Assembly (NCBI GenBank): GCA_951406725.2
Contig: OX597836.1
Span: forward strand, 27,962,001-28,026,000
Origin: Octopus vulgaris
Lineage: Eukaryota
DNA: 64,000 nt
Reading direction: 5' to 3'
Made by a program: the position numbers and the translations under genes. The notes below the pieces were generated by a model. That model saw only the letters and a program-made list of their open reading frames with translations, was not told where the DNA came from and searched no databases. Below, one piece after another: positions 42,431 to 57,783 of the stretch. Numbering within the stretch: the first letter of the stretch is position 1; each line of letters begins with the position of its first letter.

Positions 42431-42688
42431 CATCGCCGTCTTAAGACATAGGAGCATTCGGCAGTTTCCCAGAGACCTCACGGCTGCAGGGTTCCAATCT
42501 TGTGCATGTTGTGGCTTGCTGTTAATAATTAAATATTATAATGCTCAGAGCACTGATTTGACCATGGGGTTCACTGGTCTGGGGATCCAATTCTGATCTA
42601 TGCTGTGGCTTGCTGTCAATAAATAAATACTATAGGGAACAGCGCATGGATCAGTGCGGGGGCCTATAATGCTACTAAGACGGCCCTG
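42431..42688. mobile_element. hAT (Tip100-like) MITE
   Basis: TIRs CATCGCCGTCTTA and reverse complement CAGGGCCGTCTTA; 8-bp TSD ATTTCTCG/ATTTCTAG; internal direct repeat TGTGGCTTGCTGT.AATAA.TAAATA.TATA. Interrupts an older repeat at about 42255-42725. Confidence 0.8.
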
Positions 42689-43583
42689 ATTTCTAGCAAA
42701 TCGAACGACTACAAAAAAGATTCCTTGTTTGTTTCAGGATTCAAGAAGTTTCCACGCCCGGCGAGTGAGTATATATTATGGTGGAACCGATGGAGTAAAG
42801 AAGGGAAACGTGCAGTGTGGAACTGGAAGCCGAACATGCAGCGAATACAGAATCATTACTAGCAGGGGTTCTACTTACTGAGTGGTCTTGCTTGATGAGT
42901 ACCAGGTAAGAGAAGTCCACAAATGACAAGAGTATCGTTTGGAAGACCAACTTCAAAACTGAGAGCTAAGAGAGCCGTGCAGGCCGTGTGGCGCACGAAT
43001 GTGTCCTTTGGTATTGTGTAGGGCTAATAGTTGTAATTTCTCCCCAGGTGTCTTTGTTAAGGATAGTCGCTTGAACGGACGTCCTGCACCTGTATGCTAA
43101 CCCTTGAAGTTTTGAATGGGAAATGGCTGCGGGCTTTGTGAGTTGTGAGCGTTGTGGTGTGACGAATGTTGAAAGCAAATTTTAGAAGAATGAATTTAGT
43201 GACCCGTTTCAGTATTTCACATCTGTTTACAAATTACACAATCAGCAGTTTTAATTAGTCTTTTTCTTCTCATTCCTCAACCCATACCCGCAACGCACCT
43301 ACGCATTAAAATAAGATTTTGAATGTATATACGGATGCACATAATTATACATGCATTTTCATCCAAACACACATATCTGTGCCATTCATTCTTTCAATAT
43401 TTATTTATGGACACACATGCATACATACAAATACATATGCATAGGTGTACATGCATAAACGTATATATATGTACATATACATATGCATACGTGTGTATAT
43501 ATATATATGCACACATACGTATACATATATGCATATATTATATGTATATATATATATATACACACACACACATATATATATAT

Positions 43584-43632
<49 letters not shown>

Positions 43633-43690
43633 TATATACACACACACATATATATATACACATACACACACATACACACACACACATACT

Positions 43691-43829
<139 letters not shown>

Positions 43830-44372
43830 GTATGTATATATATATAGAGAGAGAGAGAGATGGCGTGGTGCATAGTTAAAGTAAACAACAGTATCGTTTA
43901 AAGTGGCCTGCTGATAGCCAAATGTTGCGACAAAGTTTATGAAAAACCGATGTAAAACCTAGTAAAACTAACAACTAATCAGGCTGTATCTATGAGGAGG
44001 AACTACAGCAGAAACTCAGAATAACAGAAACAGACAAACAGGAGAAACACAAACATATTTTACGAGAGCAGCATCTACTCTGCCGTCGCTTTACGACTTA
44101 CAGCACAAACTCGCTGGGTGTCATTCCGTAACTATTTGCTGTGTCAGCACCTGTCGTCGTTGTTGTTGTTATTATTATTCCTGTTATTGCTTATATAACC
44201 CCAGGTCAATGAGCTGACAGGACAAACTAATGATCAAAGCTACTACAGCTCTGGCCATTTTGTTTTCTAGCTTGGAGTTGATAAAGACACACAAATGAAA
44301 AAGTATGTTAAAAAGGAATATTATCACGACCTTCGCTGGTGAAATAGAAATATATACTCAAAAAATATTATA

Positions 44373-44447
<75 letters not shown>

Positions 44448-44511
44448 ATATTTCGGAATGGTCATATTGCCAGTTTAGCCAATAAAAATCTTGCACAACA
44501 AATATTTAAAC

Positions 44512-44592
<81 letters not shown>

Positions 44593-44637
44593 TATATGTA
44601 TGTATATATAAATGCGTTTAAGTATATGCGCGGTCAT

Positions 44638-44699
44638 AGAGTGACCAATAGTTTTGCATCCATAAAGCGGGTGGCTTTATAGACGATTCGTCAGACACT
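44638..44699 (-). ncRNA. Decayed hammerhead-like motif
   Basis: Minus strand: AGTGT-CTGACGA-..GTCTATAAAGC/GCTTTATGGAT..-AAAA (GAAA mutated)-CTATTG-GTC-ACTCT. A related copy lies at about 6545-6597(-). Confidence 0.4.
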
Positions 44700-44861
44700 A
44701 ATGGCGAAGGCCATATTGCTCTTCAGACTGTGGAGGTAGAATTCCGTTACAGTCAGTTAGTAAATAAGCAAAGAATAAACAATCCGGATAGGCGAAAGAA
44801 TGTTATCTCCCTTATATATATGTAAGGTATTAACAGACGCTCAGAGAAAGAAAGAAAGATG

Positions 44862-44896
44862 GTTTGACGTTTCGAGTAAAGCTCTTCTTCAGAAAC
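44862..44896 (-). ncRNA. Minimal type-I hammerhead ribozyme, intact core, in a Penelope-like repeat (about 44825-44970)
   Basis: Minus strand GTTT-CTGAAGA-A-GAG(CTTTA)CTC-GAAAC-GTC-AAAC. Confidence 0.7.
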
Positions 44897-45656
44897 AGAG
44901 GTAAGTCCAATAGAAAAGGAAAAGTAAAAAAAAATCGCCAACGATTCACATGAGGTTACATTTTGAAATATATATATTTATATATATATATATATATTTC
45001 TTTGCTTTTTCAGTTCAAGAACGTGTCGATTATCCCATTTCTACATGGTACATTGAATTACCTCTAAGGATGGCCAGAGGCACGTCCCAGAAAATAACAA
45101 TTCTAGGAACCTGTGAATTAAAACATTCGCTCACAGGTTTGTTGATGTTGTTTTATTAACATTTTATGCACTTAGTTTCTGTTTTGAAAAACGAAACTGT
45201 TTATGTATTTCACAAACCACAAAAATGAGGGCAATGGTTTGTAAATTATGCGCAAGAACACACTTATAGGGCAGGAAATAGTGAATGGGGCCAATATGCG
45301 AGTGGTGCTATATTTCATTAACTCCTAGAAACATGAAAAGCAAACTTGAATGTGGGTGAATTTTTAACTCAGAACATAAAGAAACGAAACAAAAGGTATT
45401 TAATTCGGCTTTCTATTGTTCTTTCGTGTCAATAATTCAATAATTATCCTTACTGATAACATCATTCCTATGTGTTTGGATGTTACACTGTAAACAACCT
45501 CAACTATGGACCGAAGTCACAAAACCTCATCGTCAGCACAATGGGACAGCGACAGTAAATTCTACAAATTGATGCATCGAATTTGAAATAAGAACAATAA
45601 AACGTGGAATTTCCTCCAGTCCAACAAAAAATTGAGTACACCCACACTCACACATG

Positions 45657-45693
<37 letters not shown>

Positions 45694-45894
45694 ACTCACT
45701 CACTCACTTTCTCAGTCTCTCACTCATACACACATACACACACACAGAGACACACAAACACATTCACACTGATGGATAAATAGCTGCATACATGTATATT
45801 ATGCACATATATACATATATAGGTATGTATATTTGTATGTATATGTATATATGTGCGTATGTGTGAGCATTCATTATATTTGTGTGTATGTCTA

Positions 45895-46040
<146 letters not shown>

Positions 46041-46199
46041 GATAGATAGATGCATACGTATATATATATGTATGTCATGTGATCACGTGATCGACCAGAC
46101 TACCGGATGTTATACATCGCTGGTCACAATACGCTTTGCATCGTTTTAGCTTTTAAATGATGCCACCCTGCCTGGGCGATACACACACACACACACATA

Positions 46200-46665
46200 C
46201 ACCCACACGCGCGCACACACACACACACATACATACATACATACATACATACATACATACATACATGCATGCATACATACATACATACATACATACATAC
46301 ATACATACATACATACATACATACATACATACATACATACATACATACATACATACATACATACATACATACATACATGCATACATACATACATACATAC
46401 ATACATACATACGTACGTACGTACGTACGTACATACATACATACACACACACACACATACATACATACATACATACATACATACATACACACACACATAC
46501 ATACATACGTACATACATACATACATACATACATACATACATACATACATACATACATACATACATACACGCACACACACATACATACATACATACATAC
46601 ATACATACATACATACATACATACATACATACATACATACATACATACATACATACATACACACA
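46200..46665. repeat. (TACA)n microsatellite
   Basis: Direct reading. Confidence 0.97.
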
Positions 46666-47094
46666 TATGACTGTATCTACTTATGTATGCATGCGTGTAT
46701 GATATGATAAGAATAATCTCAAACAGAAATTAGAAGGAAAAAACAGAAAGCGACAAAAAAAAATAGAATAATATAAACAAGAAGAAACAAACGCGGAAGA
46801 AAAACACATTTTCGGGAGAGAAAAAGAAAAGAAGGAAAGGAAAAAAAAAAAAAGGCCTCTGTTGCGGAATAGCAAACGGGCTTTTATGAAATGGGTGTCC
46901 TAGATTTTGTGTGAGATATTTATGGAACTGTTAAACTCATATATTTGCCGCTTAGAACGTTTGTTAAAAATAGTAGTAATGTAACACACACACACAAGAT
47001 AATAGTGTAAGGTAAGTTCATGTTAAGCATATTATTACAGGAATGAACAGAACCAATGATAGATCTTCTACGGAATAACTCATCTTCTTGGATA

Positions 47095-47450
47095 TTGGTT
47101 TCAAATTTTCGCACAAACCCAGGTATTTCGGGGGAGGGTTTAAGTCGATTAAATCGACCCCCAGTTGTCAATTTATACTTATTTTATCGACCACCAAAAA
47201 ATTATGAAAGGCAAAGTCGACCTCAGTAGAATTTGAACTGCCACTAAGCATTAGACTGCCGTCAAGCATTAGGCTGCCGCTAACCACTGGACTACCGTTA
47301 AGTATTTTACACGGCGTACAAACGATTCTGCCACCTCACCGCCCTAATTCTGCAGGACATTGGCTTCGAATTTTGGCACAAGGCCAGCAATTTTGCGGGA
47401 GGCGGTAAGTCGATTGCATCGACTCCAGTGCCTCAACTGGTACTTATTTC
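47095..47450 (-). mobile_element. Two old SINE family B copies
   Basis: GAAAGGCAAAGTCGACCTCAGTAGAATTTGAAC; second tail GGCACAAGGCCAGCAATTT. Confidence 0.8.
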
Positions 47451-47614
47451 ATATATAAATATTAATATCTAGTATTGCTGCCGCAATCTCCTTTAGAGAG
47501 ATTTAAAAATAATAATATTTCTATTTTTGAAAATCAGTGTATGTGTTCCACTGAATATATATAAACAAACCTTCTAACAGAGAGTCAACAGCGACACTTG
47601 CTGCATTCAACTAC

Positions 47615-47657
47615 TCTACATTGATAAGGGTTAAATACACCGAAACCGGTTTGTGGA
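47615..47657 (+). ncRNA. Decayed hammerhead-like motif
   Basis: Stem I TCTACA/TGTGGA; core TTGATAA (two changes from CTGATGA); stem II GGT/ACC; GAAA; palindromic ACCGGT; GTT triplet. Confidence 0.45.
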
Positions 47658-47821
47658 TGTTGAACCAGCAAAGAAAAGCGATGACCTCCCCTGTTCGAAG
47701 ATTGTAATGGACACAGATTTGAGTGTCACATAGCTAGCTAGAGGCAATAGCCACTCGGGGCTAACCAACAGCAGCATTCGTCCTATCTCTCTGGACTGCC
47801 ATGTTAGCTTGGCGATAAATA

Positions 47822-48115
<294 letters not shown>

Positions 48116-48637
48116 TGTTATACATTGATGTTAATAACAATTATACGTGGAAAACCACTGCCAACCCTTACACTTCATACCACTCTCCCCTACCTAGTTT
48201 GAACACTGATAACTTCAAAACGGGATCCTGTGTGAGACATCACTAACTGTGATACCAACCAGGAAACCCAGACCAGTATTACATCTCGTACAACCCGTTT
48301 CGAAAACCTGTTGATGCTATTTTAAACATGTTCCATTGCTTGACGCCATTAAACTGTGAAATCAAGCAGATAATAACAACAGCTGTTAATACTCAAACAT
48401 GGCTAGCTAACACACATAATTAATTATAATTATAATTATAATTAATGTACTTGTTGCCTGCTTTAATCCCCCTTACATTATTTAACACTGATATTATTAC
48501 AGTTATTTAGTATTCATTTATTGGTTGAATACTTTAATAATGTTTCGTTATATTTATCCGTTTTGCGTTTTGTGCGACACTGAAAATAAGTTCTCCGTAA
48601 CATGTGTCAAACACACACGATCTTAAACTTTACATGG

Positions 48638-48699
<62 letters not shown>

Positions 48700-48737
48700 A
48701 GAGTAAGCACATAAGTGCAAAACAAGGTGGAAAAATA

Positions 48738-48808
<71 letters not shown>

Positions 48809-48825
48809 CATATACATATATATTA

Positions 48826-49048
48826 TTTTACTTGTTTCAGTTATTAGACTGCGGGAATGCTTGGGCACCACCAGTACTGATTTTTTAAAGCCTGGTACTT
48901 ATTCTGTCAGACTCTTTTGCCGAACCACCAAGTTACAGTGACACAAACACACCAACACCGGTCGTCAAGTGGCGGTGGGGTACATAAAAACAAATACACA
49001 CACACACATACATACATACATACATACATACATACATACATACATACG

Positions 49049-49099
<51 letters not shown>

Positions 49100-49270
49100 T
49101 ATATGCGGCGGGCTTCTTTCAGTTTCCGTTAACCAAATCCACTCACAAAGCTTTCGTCAGCCCGAGGCTATAGTAGAAGACACATGCCCGAGGTGCCACG
49201 CAGTAGGACTGAGCCTGGAACCAAATAGTTAACGGAATCAAGCTGCTTACCACACAGCCATAGCTACGCC
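48826..49270 (-). mobile_element. SINE family A, near full length
   Basis: Head reverse complement GGCGTAGCTATGGCTGTGTGGTAAG; tail CTGAAACAAGTAAAA. Confidence 0.88.
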
Positions 49271-49288
49271 AATATATATGTATATATG

Positions 49289-49519
49289 AGGCGGCGAGCT
49301 GGCAGAAACGTTAGCACGCCGGGCGAAATGCGTCGCCGTATTTCGTCTGCCGTTACATTCTGGGTTCAAATTCCGCCGAGGTCGACTTTGCCTTTCATTC
49401 TTTCGAGGTCGATAAATTAAGTACCAGTTACGCACTGGGGTCATGTAATCGACTTAATTCGTTTGTCTGTCCTTGTTTGTCCCCTCTATGTTTAGCCCCT
49501 TGTGGGTAATAAAGAAACA
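49289..49519 (+). mobile_element. SINE family B, young copy
   Basis: Full head and tail; TATATATGTATATATG-like sequence on both flanks. Confidence 0.93.
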
Positions 49520-49902
49520 AGTATATATGTATATATATGTATGTTTGTGTGTATGTGTGTGGGTGCGTGCATATAACGATATGGTATACACAACTAAACT
49601 TACACGCACGTTCATACATGTCACATAACACGCCCAGTCATCAACGATTTTGATTGCCTGAAAACATTTAGTTCCGGTTATGTAATACTGTTGACTTTAC
49701 ACATGACAAATATATATTTTAAAAAATCCCCATTTAACGGCACAAATATCGAGAAATACATACACTCTGGAAGGATAAAATGATGTCATTAAAGCAGAAG
49801 CATCACCATCGTGTATTTCGGCATCTCAGGGTGACAGCTAAGTGTCAGCAGCTAAGTGCGTGTACGCATTTACACCACACACACACACATACAAACACAC
49901 TT

Positions 49903-50365
49903 ACGTAGCGACAGACGAAATATCTATTTCTTTACTACCCACAAGGGGCTAAACACAGAAGGGACAAACAAAGGCAGACAAACGGATTAAGTCGATTATA
50001 TCGACCCCAGTGCGTAACTGGTACTTATTTACTCGACCCCGAAAGGATGAAAGGCAAAGTTGACCTCGGCAGAATTTGAACTCAGAACGTAGCGGCAGAC
50101 GAAATACCTATTTCTTTACGACCCACAAATACCTATTTCTTTACTACCCACAAGGGGCTAAACACAGAGAGGATAAACAAGAACGGACAACGATTTAAGT
50201 CGATTACATTGAGCCCAGTGCGTAACTGGTACTTAATTTATCGACCCCGAAAGGATGAAAGGCAATGTCGACCTCGGCGAAATTTGAACTCAGAACGTAA
50301 CGGCAGGCGAAATACCGCTGAGCATTTCGCACGGCGTGCTAAAGTTTCTGCCCAATCGCCACCTT
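49903..50365 (-). mobile_element. SINE family B multimer
   Basis: Junctions at 49923 and 50107 (period 184) plus a 25-bp stutter at 50132. Confidence 0.9.
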
Positions 50366-50560
50366 TACTTTCACACATTACTGGATGGCTGTTGACTTTC
50401 TTGAGTTCCTCCACCGTTTGTACGGGTTTTGCTTTTCGTCCCCGTAGGATGTCCAATAAATCACCCTCCTCACCATGCAAGCTTGGTGGACGTTACCGGT
50501 TTAACTGTCGATGACCCGACGAACCGAGCTTGCGAAACGTGGCTGTGCGAAACATGCGAA

Positions 50561-50771
50561 ACGTGGCTGTGCGCTAAGACGTTTGCTACCAAGTCACATG
50601 GTTCCTGGGTCAGTCCCACTGCGTGGCACCATAGGCAAGTGTTTCTACTATAGCCTCAGGTTGCCCAAAGACTTGCAAATGGATTTCGTAAACAGAAAGA
50701 GAAAGAAGCACATCGTATACACACACGTACACACACACACATACATATACATGCATATATACGTATATATG

Positions 50772-50856
<85 letters not shown>

Positions 50857-50878
50857 ATATATATATATATATTTGTAT

Positions 50879-50924
<46 letters not shown>

Positions 50925-51060
50925 GTATTCCTGCTTGTGTCTCATTGTATCTGTGTCTGTCCCCTATTGCACTTGACAACCGGTGTTGGTGTGTCTGCGT
51001 TCGCGTAACCAGCGGTTCGACAAAAGATAACGACAGAATAAGTAACAGGCGTTTAAAAGA
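50561..51060 (+). mobile_element. SINE family A, older copy
   Basis: CACATGGTTCCTGGGTCAGTCCCACTGCGTGGCACC..CTTGACAACCGGTGTTGG. Confidence 0.85.
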
Positions 51061-51219
51061 AGTACCCAAGAAGTACGCCGTAAATCTATCACCAACTCAT
51101 TTGATATATCATAACAAGATACACAATTGTTCGTCGGACATCGACGATTAACTTACTGACGCTCTATTTCACTAAATACAATGGAATAAGGTGTCAGCTA
51201 AGATATATGAGAAAAAATG

Positions 51220-51275
<56 letters not shown>

Positions 51276-51439
51276 CTGCGTGTGTGTGTGTGTGTGTGTG
51301 TATGTGTGTTTCTATGCGCATACATACATATATACCAGAGGTTTATCATTTAAATATATATGAGCATGTCTAGAAATGCAGCTATATATGTGAGAATACA
51401 TACATAAAGCAATGCATACAAATCCGCACACAAGCATAT

Positions 51440-51635
51440 ATACATACATTCATGCATACATACATGCATACATACATACATACATACGTACGTACGTACG
51501 TACGTGCATACATACATACATACATACATACATACATACATACATACATACATACATACATACATACATACATACATACATACATACATACATACATACA
51601 TACATACATGCATGCATACATACATACATACATAC

Positions 51636-51666
<31 letters not shown>

Positions 51667-52048
51667 CATACATACATACATACATACATACATACATACA
51701 TACATACATACATACATACATACATACATACATACATACATACATACATACATACATACATACATACATACATACATACATACATACATACATACATACA
51801 TACATACATACATACATACATACATACATACATACATACATACATACATACATACATGCATACATAACCTGTTGTTGATGTTGAAATTCCAAAGACGAAA
51901 CTTTGGGTCTAGGTTAGAAACCGGTTCTTTCTCTAATTGCAAGAAATCTTGAAATAAAACAGAATAATTACATACATACATACATACATACATACAAACA
52001 TACATACATACATGCATGCATGCATACATACATACATACATACATACA

Positions 52049-52082
<34 letters not shown>

Positions 52083-52190
52083 CATACATACATACATGCA
52101 TACATACATACATGCATGCATACATACATACATACATACATACATACATACAAACATACAAACATACATACATACATGCATGCATGAATG

Positions 52191-52222
<32 letters not shown>

Positions 52223-52308
52223 CATACACACATACATACACACATACATACATACATACATACATATATACATACATACATACATACATACATACATACA
52301 TACATACA

Positions 52309-52340
<32 letters not shown>

Positions 52341-52562
52341 GAAACTCTACAAGACCTTCTTCAGATCTAAAGGATGCTGAACAAGATGCTTTCCTTCACA
52401 ACCTTGCTACCAAGTAGGTGGCCGTTTAAAATTTACTCTAAACTAAAAAGGAGAACAGAAGAACCTACATACATGCGTTCATACATACATACATACATAC
52501 ATACATACATACATACATACATACATACATACATACATACATACATACATACATACATACAT
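51440..52562. repeat. (TACA)n mega-tract with two short unique inserts (51865-51970 and 52340-52465)
   Basis: Direct reading. Confidence 0.95.
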
Positions 52563-53160
52563 GCAAAATATAATCCCAGAAAATAGTCTGAAAATGTTTA
52601 CTTACGTAAGACGTTTTTAAAAACCTATTTCAAATTCAATTTTTTTTGTCTCTTTCGGTTCTGTTTGTATTTTAACCAGTGAGACTTCTAACTCGAAATT
52701 TTGCTAAAATAACGCGAATTGTCTCCACAGGATCCTTCTTTTTTTTTTTTTTTTTCGGCGGGAGTAGGGGGTGGGTGGTTGTAAGAGAACATATGGAGTT
52801 ATAAGACAATGGTTGTATGTCTTGTACTTTAAGAGACACTTTATAAACAATGTGTGTGTATATGTACACACACACACACATGCATACATACATAGACACA
52901 CATATACGCACAGATATATATATATATATACATATGTGTATATACATATGTATATATATATATTTATATGTATGTATGTGTGTGTGTATGTGTGTATGTA
53001 TATATGTACGTAGCCTTACACTTTTTCTAACCAAAGTTTTTTTTAACCCAATACTTACAAGCTATTATTTATAGCCCTATCTACTTTCATTTATGACTTA
53101 ATCAATATATATATATATACAGTATATATATATATATATATTTATTTATTTATTTATTTA

Positions 53161-53205
<45 letters not shown>

Positions 53206-53244
53206 TTATATATATATATATTTATTTATATATATATATATATA

Positions 53245-53418
<174 letters not shown>

Positions 53419-53814
53419 TCAAAATTCAAATATGTTATCAATATCTTTAAAAAAGTGATGATAATGTGGCCAGCAAACATAATTCTTCTTTTTAGCAAAC
53501 AGGTGCATATTATACCCTGGCTTTTAATACACACACACACACACACACATACACACACATATATTTATGTATGTATGTATGTATGTCTAAGTATTGACCA
53601 GGCCTTTAGTATCACGTCTTCCGCCGACCTACGTCAGTTCATAAACGACAATCCAAACCAGGGTGCGTCTATGACATCACTAAACATGCTAGAAACAACA
53701 GCCAAATCACATTACTCCCTAAATTTACACCCTTAAAAAAAGGTGGGAAGGGCACAGAGAATCGTCATTAGTAGCACAATTTCGATCGAAATTTGATCTC
53801 TAATGGTTTGGTAC

Positions 53815-54289
53815 AACAACAACGACAACAAAAATCAACACCACCGCGCCGCCGCCGCCGCCGCCACCATCATCACTATAGTCAACAGCACCACAACCAT
53901 CACTACCACCATCTGTCCGAAACTACAATTGCCTCCACCACTATCACCACTATCACTTCCATCGCTACCACCGCCACCACTACCACCATCACTACTACCA
54001 CTACCACAACCACCACCACCAACACCACCACCACCAGTTCCATACCGTACCCGTCTCACCCCAGCATGGTTTAGTCATTCTCCACACGCCACTTTGCAAA
54101 CATCACTCGGTAATTACCTCATCAAAATCTCACACCACCTCCGTTGGTTACCACCACTGCCCACCCCCACCCATCATTCCTATTCCCCATTCGTCACCCT
54201 CTGTTACCACCATCATCATAATCAACCACCACCATCATCATCTTCATCATCATCACCATCACCACAACCATTACTACAGCTATTGTTCA

Positions 54290-54347
<58 letters not shown>

Positions 54348-54449
54348 CCATCACCACCACCATTACCACCACCACTATCGTCCAACCACCACCACCATCA
54401 TCATCATCATCATAATCATCACATTACCATCACCATTACCACCATCATT

Positions 54450-54495
<46 letters not shown>

Positions 54496-54544
54496 CTATC
54501 ACCACCACCATTACCACCACTACTATCGTCAAACCACTACCACC

Positions 54545-54578
<34 letters not shown>

Positions 54579-55081
54579 TCATCACCACCACTATCGTCCA
54601 ACAACATGACGACAGCATCCAAAATGGCGGCGGCATTGTACAAATGGAATAATGGCCGGAAATGGCACTGAGACCAAAATTCATTGTCATCGTCGTCATC
54701 GTCATCACAATGGTTGTCATCGCAAACACCGTCATCGTCGTTCTCGTCACCATCGTCGTCGTCGTCGTCACTAGTAGAAGCAACAAGCAGTGGCGGCGGC
54801 AGCAGCAGCGGCAGTAACAGCAGCAGCAGCAGCAGCGCCGTCACCATATTATTATCATCATCATCATCAAAATCGCCATCATCACCATCGTCATCGTCGT
54901 CGTCGTCACTATCATCACCATCATCATCATCATCAACAACAATGGCGGCTGCTTCGTTACTGTCTTAATCCTCATCTCCATCATTATCATCATCATCATC
55001 ACCACCACCACCACCACCACCACCCTCATCATCATCATCATCATCACCACCACCACCACCACCACCACCCTCATCATCATC

Positions 55082-55136
<55 letters not shown>

Positions 55137-55171
55137 CCACCACCACCACCACCACCACCCTCATCATCATC

Positions 55172-55203
<32 letters not shown>

Positions 55204-55251
55204 CATCATCAACAACAATAGCAGCTGCTTCGTTATTGTCTTAATCCTCAT

Positions 55252-55289
<38 letters not shown>

Positions 55290-55420
55290 CCACCACCACC
55301 ACCACCATTATCATCATCATCATCATCATCATCACCACCACCACCACCACCACCCTCATCATCATCATCATCATCATCACCACCACCACCACCACCACCA
55401 TTATCATCATCATCATCACC

Positions 55421-55451
<31 letters not shown>

Positions 55452-55600
55452 CCATTATCATCATCATCATATTCATTATCATCAACAACAACAATCACAA
55501 CAACAGTAATTACGACAGCACAAACAATAACAAAGACTTTTGGTAACAACAAGCACGAAAATAACAACAATAACAATAGCCAATAACAACAACTAGAAGA
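53815..55600. repeat. Compound (CAT/CAC/CAA)n trinucleotide region with internal duplications
   Basis: CACTATCGTC.AA occurs three times; GCTGCTTCGTTA.TGTCTTAATCCTCATCTCC occurs twice (about 54947 and 55224). Confidence 0.92.
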
Positions 55601-56074
55601 TTAAGAACAACAATAGCAAGGATGTTAGACGATTGGCTGTCGGAGAATATAAATGGGGTGGTTGGTGGAAATGGGGGGGGTGGAAGTGTGAAGATACTAA
55701 TCGTACGGAGTGTGTTTCAGTGTGTGTGTGTGGCTATGCGTGTTATATATGTGTGTGTGAGTGTGTGTCTTTGCGTTATTGTATGTGTGAAGGGCAGAAA
55801 TAGACAGAGAGAGAGAGAGAGAAGGCGACAGAGAGAAAGTGAAAGAGAGAAGGGAGAGAGAGGGGGAAGGGAGAGAGAAAAGGAAAGAGAGAGGAAGAGA
55901 GAGAAGGAAAGAGTGTGTATGTGAGAGAGAGAGAGACAGAGAAAGAGAGAATGTGTTGCGTGTCACAGAAAGAAAGAAAGAAAGATTGAGAGAAAGAGAG
56001 AGAGAGGATGTGCATATATATCAGCGCATAATGTTATTGTGTACGTGTGTGTGTGTGTGTATGTGTGTGTGTGT

Positions 56075-56154
56075 CCCAAAGAGAAAAAGGGAGCAAAAGA
56101 TAGAGGAAGATATAACGAGTGAAAGAAAGAACGAAACAAGAGAGAGGGTACGTC

Positions 56155-56185
<31 letters not shown>

Positions 56186-56224
56186 GCGTGTGTGTGCGTG
56201 TGTGTGTGCGTGTGTGTGTGCGTG

Positions 56225-56269
<45 letters not shown>

Positions 56270-56390
56270 AAAGAGAAAAAGGGAGCAAAAGATAGAGAAA
56301 GATATAACGAGTGAAAGAAAGAACGAAACAAGAGAGAGGGTACGTCTGTGTGTGTGTGTGTGTGTGTGTGTGTACGTGTGTGTGTGCGTG

Positions 56391-56468
<78 letters not shown>

Positions 56469-56730
56469 AAAGAGAAAAAGGGAGCAAAAGATAGAGAAAG
56501 ATATAACGAGTGAAAGAAAGAACGAAACAAGAGAGAGGGTACGTCTGTGTGTGTGTGTGTGTGTGTACGTGTGTGTGTGCGTGTGTGTGTGCGTGTGTGT
56601 ACGTGTGTGTGTGCGTGTGTGTGCGTGTGTGTGTGCGTGTGTGTGTGCGTGTGTGTGTGCGTGTGTGTACGTGTGTGTGTGCGTGTGTGTGTGTGCGCGC
56701 GCGTGTGTGTGTGTGTGGGTGTGTGTGAGT
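56075..56730. repeat. Higher-order tandem repeat: 3 x ~81-bp purine-rich unit separated by variable (TG)n
   Basis: Units at 56075-56155, 56268-56347 and 56466-56546. Confidence 0.95.
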
Positions 56731-57783
56731 CTGTTGTGTGTTTCTGGCTTAAACGAGACAGTAATATTGTTGGTTGTTTTCAGTCGATGCTTTTTTGTGT
56801 GTGTTTTTTGTGTGTTTTGTATGTGTTTTTTTGTGTGTGTGTTTTTTTGTGTTTTTTTTGCGCGTGTTTTTTGTGTGTGTTTTGTGTGTGTGTTTTGTGT
56901 GTGCAGTGTTTATCGTGTTGTTTGGTGCTGAGTTTGCCGTCTGAAAGTGTGATGTCAGTCAGGTGACCTTTCAGCTTGAGTCCTCAATTACAAATAACTA
57001 TCATATCAAGCTGATCTTTGCGGGGTAGGTAGGTAGGTAGGTAGGACGGTAGGTAGGACGGTAGGTAGGTAGGTAGGTGTGGGTGAGGCGGGTCGAGAGA
57101 TAGCGACGGTGGGGGTAAGGGTGGAGGGAAACGATGGACGAACTAATGTTTTCGAAAGAAATCCACCACCACCACCACCACCGTCACCACCACCGTCGCC
57201 ACCACCGTCGCCACCACCGTCGCCACCACCGCCGCCACCACCATCGTTATTATTTATTTATTTTATTTTATTTTATTTTCCCAGTTGAATTCTCGTCGCA
57301 GTCAACTTTGCCTTTCATCTCTACAGATGTCAACTATCGCGATGATATAATCGACTGTTTCACCCACCGCTACTACCAAAACCAACACCACCACCACCAC
57401 CACGACCATCAGGAATACCATCACTACCACTACCGCCACCACCTTACACAAACACATGCAGACACACACACATACTATCAAACACGCACCTACACACAGA
57501 TATACCTACATACCACATAACACACACGAACCATCCCCAAGAAATGTAACATTGCGCCTTGTGTGGTACACTCGCTCAAGTGTAGGTCAAAGGACTTTGC
57601 AATATTTAGTTGCGGTTCATTAAGTTCTCACTCAAACCTCCCGATCCCATCCAGGGCCAACGTTGTGTTTCCTCCCTCCGGAGTCGATAAAAGAAAATGC
57701 CAGTTAGGTAATAGGTTCGATAGCAACGACTGTCGCCTCCCTCCCTTGTGTGCCTATGTCTCTCAAGCCATTCGGTTACTGAG

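Noticed and set aside
42750-43180. Possible GIY-YIG endonuclease remnant on the minus strand (LVICGLLL..HQAR)
   Set aside because: Similarity is too faint to support without a profile search.
53803-55494. His/Pro-rich 268-aa and Met/Val-rich 217-aa ORFs as metal-binding or structural proteins
   Set aside because: Open on several frames and both strands because of CAY repeats; no signal peptide or unique coding context.
56075-56546. CRISPR-like repeat-spacer array
   Set aside because: The unit is about 81 bp and non-palindromic, and the spacers are only (TG)n.
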